Source: Spirogloea muscicola
Taxonomy: Eukaryota
Direction: 5' to 3'
Length of the DNA stretch: 48,765 nt
Assembly (NCBI GenBank): GCA_009602725.1
Contig: WELB01000024.1
Span: 463,450 to 512,214 of the forward strand
Part shown: piece by piece, positions 39,780-48,765 of the stretch
How the letters are laid out: each line of letters starts with the position of its first letter
Position numbering within the stretch: the first letter of the stretch is position 1
Notes under the pieces: generated by a model
Databases searched by the model: none
What the model was told of the DNA's origin: nothing
Seen by the model: only the letters and a program-made list of their open reading frames with translations
Translations under genes and position numbers: made by a program

Positions 39780-41420
39780 TGGAGGATGTGCCAATGCCTT
39801 GAAGGCAGTGCTGGCCAGTTGGCCATCACGTCTGGCCCGGGAGCCCCCGTAATGGGGTGCTATATGCGAAATGTCAGCCCCGAAACAACAAGGTCTGAAG
39901 GGGCCTGAAAATGCTACCCTGCACAGCTAAACAAGTGGCTACTGCAGATAGTGCTCAAATACCCTAATCAGCAGCCGCAAGTCACAGTAGCTTGCAGCCG
40001 AAAAAGTGTTAAAGTCAACAAGTATCACTGAGGATCACCTCCAGCGGCTTCCTTGATGGGTGGTGGTCCAACAGCAGGGGCATGAAGAAGAGCAGGTAGA
40101 TACTGATGAAGGCGATTGCTGGCAGTCATGCATTCGACGGATTGAGCAATTCCAGGCGCTCATTTTGCATCTGCGTGCAGGCCGTCCCTTGGCTGTCGCC
40201 TCCGAATACCCACCAGGCTTCAAGCTTCGAGCTTCTAGGTATCCCAAATAGCGGGTGTTGACTAAAATCCACAGGGTGCATCCTTTAGCCACTTTTGGCT
40301 GAAAGGTCTACATATCTGGAATTTTGGGTCCCTGACCTTGATCATCAACTTTGGGCTCCATGTAACAGCTATTCCCTACATTAAGAAAGAGCCTTTCCTC
40401 TACGTGTTGACCCGCAGCTAATGAGCAGCTTGTCATAGCAGCAACCGACCCATACTTGCAGAAGTGCTCGCCTTGGTAATCGGCCGCTCAGGCCCTCCAT
40501 CATTGAGCAAACGCTTCTCTCTACTCCTCCCTGCAGGAGGAGGCGTGCGCAGCGGAGTGCCCGTGCCTCCATTCAGCTCAACTGACTTACTGTCGCTGCT
40601 GACACGATGGTATCAAGGGGGCCTGAGCTGCCTAGCTGGGGCTCTACGTCTTGCAGAAAGTGCAAACGTGCCCTGTATGCACTTGCTGGCCTCTAAATTT
40701 ATTTTGTACAACCTGGTGGAGGACCACGTACCTTGCAATGCAGCGTCGAACTACCTAGCTGGCCACGCAGTGGGTAGTGCAGAGAACTTCGCAGCACTAC
40801 TTCAACTTAGCCCGCTGAGATCGCCTCCTACTACCCGCTGTCAACATCTTTGCACAGGTTGCACAGGTCCTCGTCTCCACATCGAAGTCGAGAATATTAC
40901 TATGAGGATATGCACGACGCGAGGATGTGCTTCCGAGGGGAATGGGCCTGCCTGCAGCATAAATGTCGTTCTTGCGCCATCTTGTGGTCAGCCTGTTTGC
41001 AGCGAGACTAGGCTCATGCTTTGCACCAGGAAGCTGGACAAGCTTCTCTTGGTAGCAGAAGCGCTTGAGATTTGCCGTCCGGTGTTTGGCCATCGATCAG
41101 CGACCTCTGATCGCTGACTGTGATCACTGAGCGGGCCGGCTTGGCAGCAGGTGATGTACATCTGGAGATGTGCTTGCCTTGTACGTGGCACTCAGGCACT
41201 CCATCACCCAATACACGCTTTTTGCTTCCACAGTGTTCCTGCTACCAGCAGCCGCTTGTCATGTCCATCCTTCCCCCTTTTCTGGGGAGCTTCTTGCATG
41301 CGCCTGGCCGAGAAGGCAAGCGGCTACTGAAAGAGAAAGACCCAGTAGAGGGCGATGGCTGTGCTTGGCCAGCCCAGAAAAAAAGCAATGAATAACTGCG
41401 AAGGGGCCAGAAAAGCATGA
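39780..41420. mobile_element. Degraded REL retroelement fragments
   Basis: 40709-41225 aligns with the 20890-21430 element (caacctggtggaggaccacg; gctggccacgcagtgggtagtgcaga; same 3' UTR). 40460-40640 resembles the ...PPLSSSDFLLLTRGY family. Hairpin relics are at ~39850-39910 and ~41330-41415. Confidence 0.65.
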
Positions 41421-41753
41421 TTTCAGCGCATTGCTGAAAACAAGGGGCGGCTGTGGAAGCCAGCCGGGTGCATGCATGCCCGGCGGACGAGCATGAGAGC
41501 TCCCCCCCGCCTGCAGGCGGCACCCTGAAGCCGCGCTGTCAGGCGCTGCCAGTCGCGCCCCTTGCAGAAGCGGCCCTCCTGAGCGCGCCTCGGCGGCCGC
41601 CTGCCCTGTGGACGAGGGCGTCACGTGAGACGCAAGCCGCCAAGCTTGCCGGTGGTGCTGCAGTGGTCAGCTCGTCGCTAGGCCTCCGCCACTGCGCCCG
41701 GAGGCCAAAATAAGCAATTCAGCGGCGGCGGCGGCGGTGGCTGTGCTCCCAGC

Positions 41754-42970
41754 ATGGCGGCGAATTCTGCTACGCCGAAGCCCCGCTTCAACGATCGCGA
41801 CACGGCGGACCTTCAGCTGACCGTGGTGGACGACTCTGGCGACGGCGCCACCAACCTCCGCCTTCACAAGGCCGTCGTGTGCCAGCAGAGCCCGTTCCTT
41901 GCTGCGCGATGCTCTGCAGTATTGGCCGGCAGCAGTACTGGCAGCAGCGGCGCGTGACGATGGTGGTGTTGACGGCGGTGGGCGGCACCAGCGCTGGCAG
42001 CACACTCGAAGCCTACCGTGCGATCGCTGGTGCCATGTACGAGAAGCCTGCGCTGGCGGTGCCGCTGCAGTGCTTCGACGAGGCGCTGCGCTTCTTGCTG
42101 TTGTCCGCCGAGCTCCTGTTCCAGGACGGCGTCATCCACGCCGTCAAGGACTCGGCCCGCATTCCATGGACTGCTGCAGAGGAGGCGGCCATCACGGCCC
42201 TTGTCACCGCCATTCCCCTCAACGACAGCGGCTGCAAGAAGCTCTTCGCCCGTCGCGTTAGTGGATCTTTTACGGCCCGATGAGTTGGTGCGTCGCGTCA
42301 CGCGGGCGCTGCTTGATGACGCGCTCGACAATATCGCGCAAAGTTCCGGTCCCAAGGAAGCGGCAACAGTCAAAACCCATGAGGCCAAGCTCACGCCATG
42401 CTTAAGAATCTCGCTGGCACGGACCGCGATGCCCTCCACCACCGTGTGGAAGACGGCGTCTTTGATGTCCTTAGCAGGCAGTTCTTTCTCGCGCAGGGAA
42501 AGGACCCCAGTGGGAGGTTGCCAGCCAAATTCATCTGGCTGCTCGAACAGGTCCACGGCCTGGGATTCCGGCAGAAGCTCGCCGAGCTGATTGCTTCGCA
42601 GGAGTGGCTGGCCGGCTCATCACGACTATTATCGACTGCGACACACGCCCCATCGTCGACGTCATCGTGCGGAGCTTACTCTGCGACCTTGCGACGGGGC
42701 GCCTCTCTTGAGGCCAGCAAACGGAGCTCTTTCCTCCTCCTTTGGGTGCCCACCTTGGCCTACGTCAGCTGCCACCGCAACTGGGGAGAAGCGATGTTTG
42801 ACAAGCTATATGCTGATACGAGCAAGGTGCTCAGCACGTTCTCCATCAAGGAGCAGGCTGACACCATAATCGAACTCATGAACAGGACGAAAGTTCAGGT
42901 TAGCAAACGGCATCACCTTTACGGTGGACTGTGGAGAATGCTGCTCAACCTCTACAAGATTTACAGCTAA
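41754..42970 (+). pseudogene. Intronless BTB/POZ-domain gene (plant At3g05675/At3g50780-like) with several frameshifts
   Basis: Reads RFNDRDTADLQLTV..LRLHKAVVCQQSPFLAAR (BTB start). Continues in another frame as AYRAIAGAMY..LLLSAELLFQDGV..RIPWTAAEEAAI. Further frame switches occur near 42260 and 42395, then FIWLLEQV..RSSFLLLWVP..VLSTFSIKEQADTI. No plausible introns lie at the frame switches. Confidence 0.65.
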
Positions 42971-44639
42971 AGGTACACACTAGACCGCTCTTTAGATTGA
43001 GTAGGTCTACTACTGATGGTGTTCGACCAATTTTGCATCAAGTGCCCATCTGATGGACGTCGTGCATGTCAAATGCTTGTCAGGCCTGACCAACTTCGTG
43101 TCATTCGCCAACAGTTATATTGCCCACTCGCATACTGATCGGATCCTTTCTTGATAAATGTCTTTGTAAATGCAATTATGGTCTGCAGTTCATCATTTGT
43201 GGGCCCAGCCCCATGTCAGAGTAAGCTTGCAATGGCAAGTGCAAAGGCTATTGTGTAGCATATGCGCCCTCCGCGACGAGAATGTATAGAGTAGCTTTCC
43301 CACCTTACACAATTTCTGCATAGCTCAGGAGCCTGAGAGGCACATCCCACTTGCCCTTGCAAAATTTCGTGAGCAGGGCAAGTAGCTTATCCTCACAGGC
43401 AATATCTGTAACCAGCGCAACAAAGAGCTTGAGGGCCCACAGAACCTGAAGAGCCACCTAAGTCAATGTCTGTGCCACTCCGCCACTGGCTTTGTTCTCA
43501 GGTTAGATTGCTGACAGTACGTTTTGCCCTGCTCCACTGAGAAGTACATCGAAAAGACCGATCGAGAAAGATTTTGCGCTTGCTAAGTTCGCACCTGAAA
43601 GCTTAAGAGGACGACCGTCTCCTAGTTGCAGCAATAGCCCACCTTTCCGACTGGGCTCCTCTACATATACTTGGCTGCAATGATGACGTCTGATAAAGCT
43701 GCACAGCGTCAGTATGCTTCTGCTTCTGTAATTCACCGGGGCCTGCCCAGGCGCCTGGCCGTGCCCCGAAGGCGTTCGGACGAATGAAAATGATGCCGTG
43801 CACCTTATCATAGTGGGAGAGTAGCCAAGAAGTGCTGGAGAAGTCATCTGGACGATGGCAATGGACACGGGAAAGATATTGTGCTTCAATCGAGAACATG
43901 GAGAGGGAGGACGTCGCTGTTCACTGTTGACGCATGGGGAGGAGCACTGCAAGTCGCTGCTTGAAGGGACCTGCGCTTGACATTCATCTTGACGATGGGC
44001 ATGACATGCGGTACTTCGATCAGGTATACGTTGCCACCCAGCAGTGCCGCAGCAACGCCTGCCTCCCCATATCCAAGGGGACCGATCAGCTCAGCCAGTT
44101 CCTATGCTGGCGCAACCGCTAAAAGCTTTTCACGACGCTTTCACAACTCACGCCTTGTGTCTCAGCACGGGAAGCTAGGAGCAGGATCGCAGCTTGACGG
44201 CTTGCCCAGCATAGTGCACTGCTGTAGGTAAGTCGCAAAGCATCTAGGACGTAGCTGTCGCCGCCGTAAATAGCAGCTCGCGTGAACAGGCAGGCGACGT
44301 GGGGGGCATCTCCGCTGCGGAGCTGCTTGGCCGTAGCTTCGCGAGTAGCCCTAAACTACTTACAAAGCCCCTCTTTGCCGTGCTCTGTAGAAGAATCTCG
44401 TTAGCTAGACCACGCCGAGCGACCCCGCGACTCGGCCGCGGATCGCCGGCAGGGCCGGAGCTCGGCGTGCCGCCGGCCCAGCCCGTGCTCGAGGCAAGCA
44501 GGGCTGGGGTGCTCGTGCCGGAGGAGCTGCCTGAGGCTGACCTTCGCGTCAGCGAGCTTCCTTTCCTCATCCTCATCTCATCGCTTGGAACACGCAGCTG
44601 CGGCTTGCGGCAGCTGTGAGCACGGGCGCTGCGGCGCCC

Positions 44640-46690
44640 GACCTGGCTCGAAGACCTCACCGCAGGCAGAGGCGTCCTCGCCCTCCCGCCCCAAGAGGCG
44701 GCAGCCACGCCCCCTCCTTCGCAGCCTCTGGTTTGCGCAGCGGGGTTGCTCCACATCCCTCCGCTCATCTTACTTCCTATGCTTGACACCGATGTAGTGA
44801 CAACTGACTGCATCGACTCCGCCATTTCCGCCAGATCGGCGTCGTTTGCAGGGCACGCGGTCGGCCTGGCGGCCCGGGGCAAGGAGCGAAAATAGTCCCG
44901 ATCACCCGGGTGGTGATGAATCCGCTGCCCTGGCGATAAATGTACACGGGGCTTTCGGCAGCCGCTGCCTGGATCTTCTCCAGCGGCTAGCCCGTCAGGC
45001 CATTGACCGGCGGCCGGGTCTGCCGGGGCGATGCCCGGCTTCAACGCCGCCAGTTCGCTCGCCCAAGTCTTCCGTATGCGCCTGGCGGTATCGTTTCAAC
45101 GCTCCCTTGCCTATGCCGTCCACACGCGAGCAGGCCGAGCTATGACCGCCGCCTCTGGGTCTCAGCGCAGTGCCTCTTTCCCTGCAGCAAGCTACTCCGA
45201 CCTGGTATTGTTCACTCGCGGGTACTGAGCTTCCCTCTGCATCGTCTTGTGTTTGTAGTGTTTTGCAGTGCAGTCCTTCGGCACCTCGTTCTTTGGCTTT
45301 AAACATTGTCCATTCTTTTGGGCTGGCTTTGCCAGTCCCTCTTCTTAATGGGCGAGCACTTTCTTCTGACTCGGGGGTTCTAAGAGCGCAGTATCTGCCT
45401 AGCTGGTGGTTCCATTAGTATGGTCATGAACACCCTCTGTATGCACCTGGCCAGCTTTACAGCGGCTCCTCTGAAAATCAGCAGCCACACTCTTTCTTTT
45501 GGCTCTTGCTCCCCTCAGCTCATCCCTGTATGAGAGAGAGACTCTTCCAGTAACGGCGAGGGCTGTGTTCGGCCAGCCAGGAAGAAGAATGAGCAAAGTC
45601 CGAAGGGGCCAGAAAAGCGCTGAAGTACACACAAGCGACCTAAGAGGCCACTTGATGCTCCGTATCCCCAATTGAGCAGCCGCAGGTGGGAGAATCTAAT
45701 ATCCGAGCAGCGGGTCCCTGTTCAGCTGCCAGAGCTGCAACCAAAGCACAATCAGCAAGCACATGACGCGCGTGTGCGCGCGTGTGCCCTGGACCCCTGC
45801 AGAGAATCTGACATGCGCATGCCATACACCTGGGCGAGAGCCTGCCGAATAGACTTCGGCCTGCTCATCTTGAGAATGTTGGGAGACTGCATTGCACGCG
45901 AGCCGATGCAGGAGCTCGAGCCACCGAGCACCGAGCGCCCCGTGCTTACAAGGACGAGAAGTCATCCTCCGGCTGATAGAGGATAGGGATAGAGAGAAGG
46001 CGCGTGGAGCGCATGAATGAATGGGAGGCCAATTTAAGCCAATACATTGTTCAGGCAGATTTCAGTGCAAAGTAAACAAGGCTACATTATACGGAGATAG
46101 AGGATAGGGGCTGGGAACGGCCAGCCCAAAAAGAATGAACAGGGTACGAAGGGGATTGGGAGAGCCACTTGCTCAACCAGCTCTCACGTCACGCCATCGT
46201 CCACCACTTTTATGGGGAGCCGGTGGACTTCCATGCAGCCGGGTCGCTAGCGCAGGTGTACCGCATGCGCTTGGCCGTCTCGCTGCAGAGGTCTATGGCC
46301 TGCGCGCTGCCCCTCCGTGCCAGAAGAGCCCTCGCTGCTGCCTCTGGCCAAAACCCGCTTCCAGGAGCCACTTTCTCTGGCCTGAGGCTGCTTAGCAGGC
46401 GTTACTGAGTGATTCGAAGCTGCTTACTTTCTATTTGTGCTTCTTTTTCTCCTCTTTCTTTGGCTTTGGACACTGTCCATTCTTTTTAGGCTGGCTTTGC
46501 CAGCCCCTCTTCTCGATGGGCGAGCACTTTCTTTCTTCTTTACTTAGTGCTTCCCCTGGCCCCTTCTCGTGCTTTGTTCTATTTCTATTTTGGGCTTGTT
46601 TTTCCAGCCGCTATCCTCAATGGGCGAGCACTTCTCTTCTCTCACTGCATGCGCTGCCTTTAGGAATAAGAGGAAGAATGGGAGGATAAG
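44640..46690. mobile_element. Cluster of REL retroelement 3' fragments (mostly + strand) with hairpin copies
   Basis: 44795-45365(+) reads VVTTDCIDSA..GHAVGLAARGKERK..ALAINVHGAFGSRCLDLLQRLA..FNAASSLAQVFRMRLAVSFQRSLA..SYSDLVLFTRGY*, followed by a hairpin at 45308-45359. ORF 46169..46408 ends LRLLSRRY*, followed by hairpins at 46475-46527 and 46569-46631. Confidence 0.8.
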
Positions 46691-46889
46691 AAGAAAGGGC
46701 TCGCCCATTGAGGATAGTGGCTGGAAAAGCCAGCCCAAAAAAGAATGAACAAAGTACGAGAAGGGGGCCAGGGGAAGCGCTAAGGAAAGCAAGGACAAAA
46801 AGAAATAAAGCAGCTACGAAGCACTTAGTACCCCGTGCTAAGCAGCCTCAGATCAGAGAAGCTGGGCTTCCGGAAGCTGGTCCCCTGGC

Positions 46890-47525
46890 CAGCGAGAGAG
46901 AGAGAGAGGAGAAAAGGCGCGCGGGGCGCATGGAAGGAAAGGGAGGCCAATTCAAGCCAACACATTGTTCAGGCAGAGTCTAGGGCAAACTAAACAAGGC
47001 TACATAATACGGAGACCTAAAGTTAGGTGCCTAAGGTGATACTAGTACCCACGGGTGAGCACAAACAAATCTGACCAGCTAACTTGGCGAGCTGGAGCGC
47101 CGCCACAAAAGCCGGAGGCCTGACTTAGATCGTGCCCTGCACGTTGATGAAAAGCCAATGCTTGCGAGCGCTGCAACGTAAGCAATAGCCGCATGCTATC
47201 ATATGCAAGTAAGGCTTGCGGAATGCTGGAGTGGCCCAAGCTGCCCCCCCGACTTCGACGGCGCGCATCAACCAGCCGGGCCAGATGTTGGATCAGGGAG
47301 GACCATTTCACGCCGTAGCCTCCGCAGATATCCATGGCACACGGGTAAAGATGCCCCCCCCCGGGGATGGTCCTGGTAGTGCCGATCCTTCTTGCGCTCC
47401 GCGCTGGACGTTGCCCAGCCAGACACGGTTGACGCGGGTGCGCCAGCCTTGTATGCGTCGATCAGTACCACGTCCAAGAGCAGACGAGGCCCACTGCCCC
47501 GGGGGTTGGCGACCACGTCCAGAGA
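46890..47525 (-). mobile_element. 5'-truncated REL element (second subfamily), frameshifted, with complete 3' UTR ending in (CT)n
   Basis: Reads LDVVANPRGSGPRLLLDVVLIDAY..AERKKDRHYQDHP / MDICGGYG..MRLLLTLQRSQALAFHQRAG..WSDLFVLTRGY*. The 3' UTR also occurs at 5664-5760 and 45990-46098. Confidence 0.8.
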
Positions 47526-47699
47526 ACAAAGTGCTCGCCCACTGAGGATAGGGGCTGGAAAAGCCAGCCCACGTCCAGACGCCCCACGTATGGCTTGCCG
47601 CACCTTGAGGAGATTGGCAAAGACTCCCAATGGGGGCAAGGGCTGTGAAAAGCTAGCTCGACAACAATTGACAAAGGTTCGAAGGGGCCAAAACGAAGA

Positions 47700-48523
47700 A
47701 TAGCTCGCCCATAGAGGAGGGGCTGGCAAAGCCAACCCAAAAAGAATGGACAATGTCCAAAGCCAAAGAAAGAAGTGCCGAAAAAGGACTACACTACAAA
47801 GCGCGAGACGGTGCAGAGGGAGATGCAAATGGATGCTAAGTATCCACGTGTGAGCAATAGTTGATCAGAGTAACTCGAAGCAGGAAAAGCGGCACTCTGC
47901 CGAGACCCGGAAGCAGCAGCCTTAGCACGGCCAGCGCGCGCGTGGACCGCATGAGCCAAAGAGCGCTGTAGCGAGACCGCCAGCCTCATCCGAAAGACCT
48001 GCGCGAGGGAGCCGGCAGCATTGAAGCCTGGCGAACCCTGCCGCCGCTCGATGGCCTCCCGGGCAAGCCGCTGGAGGAGATCCAACCAACCACTGCCGAA
48101 GGCCCCGTGTACGTCAATGGCCAGTGCCGCGAAGGCATCGCCTGGAGGGTGGTCAAAGTACTTGCGCTCCTTACTCCGAGCCGCCAAAGCGACCGCGTGC
48201 CCGACGAGCGTCGCCGACTTCGTGGGGTTGGCCGAATCAACGCAATCTGCAGTCACCAGATCAGCGATGATATGCGGACCTCCTCCGGGCGGGATGGCAA
48301 CGAGGTCCGCGCGGCGGGTGTGAAGCTGTCCGTCAGCGCCCCGCAGGATGGGCATGATCGTCGAGTTCCCCACTGCCACCTTGTGGCCGGCCTCCAGGAA
48401 CACACCCTGCATGGCGTCTCGCAGGAGGTCGTGTGAACCTGTCCGCTCGCCTCCGTGCGCGCAGCGGAGCATGTGGGCCGCCAGCGCCGCAGGGTCATCG
48501 TGGCGGGCACCGCACTCGCACCA
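47700..48523 (-). mobile_element. Best-preserved element: CCHC Zn-knuckle + PD-(D/E)xK restriction-like endonuclease C-terminus of a CRE/R2-type non-LTR retroelement, with 3'-UTR hairpin
   Basis: An open frame from 48523 reads WCECGARHDDPAALAAHMLRCAHGGERTGSHDLLRD..RRADLVAI..IIADLVTAD..SKERKYFD..ALAIDVHGAFG..MRLAVSLQRSLA..LLLTRGY. Hairpin at 47703-47751. No RT is present upstream. Confidence 0.85.
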
Positions 48524-48765
48524 GAAAGAAGAAGAAGGGCTCGCCCATTAAGAATATGGGCTGGAACAGCCAGCCCAAAAAAGAATGAACAGAGTACAAG
48601 AAGAGGGGGGGGGAAGCCAGGCGAAGCCCTAAGGCGAAGCAGCAGAAATGACAAGCACACAAGAAAAAACAAAGCAGCTACTAACCACTCAGTAACCCCT
48701 GCTAAGCAGGCGCAGGTCGGAGAGGCTATGCTCCTGGAAGTATGTCCCCTGGCCAGAGCCAGAGG
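48524..48765 (-). mobile_element. 3' end of another REL element (continues beyond window)
   Basis: Reads ...SLSDLRLLSRGY*, then a 3' UTR, a hairpin at 48538-48597 and a CTT tail abutting the next element. It is similar to 46690-46890. Confidence 0.75.

Overview
Eukaryotic, GC-rich, intron-dense nuclear DNA with plant-type genes. A streptophyte green alga (e.g. Zygnematophyceae) is inferred but not proven. Nine spliced protein-coding genes can be reconstructed by hand: a YjbQ/UPF0047 protein, a UBC32/UBE2J1-type E2, ARP4, a thiamine-diphosphate-type mitochondrial carrier, a secreted PAN-like plus root-cap-domain protein, a chloroplast DnaJ-ferredoxin, V-ATPase subunit H (with a GC-AG intron), a CTL/SLC44 transporter, and a bacterial-type DUF2252 kinase-like gene with degenerate catalytic motifs. 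There is also an intronless, frameshifted BTB/POZ pseudogene, a ~270-bp (GA)n microsatellite and an assembly gap. The most unusual signal is in the intergenic DNA: dozens of 3'-end fragments of restriction-like-endonuclease (CRE/R2-type) non-LTR retroelements from several subfamilies. No reverse transcriptase is recognisable in any of them. Their ORFs end in a conserved (T/S)RGY-stop, several share a structured 3'-UTR hairpin, and they stack head-to-tail at CT-rich junctions, mostly on the promoter side of genes. Repeat coordinates are approximate, and family assignments come from motif recognition, not database searches.
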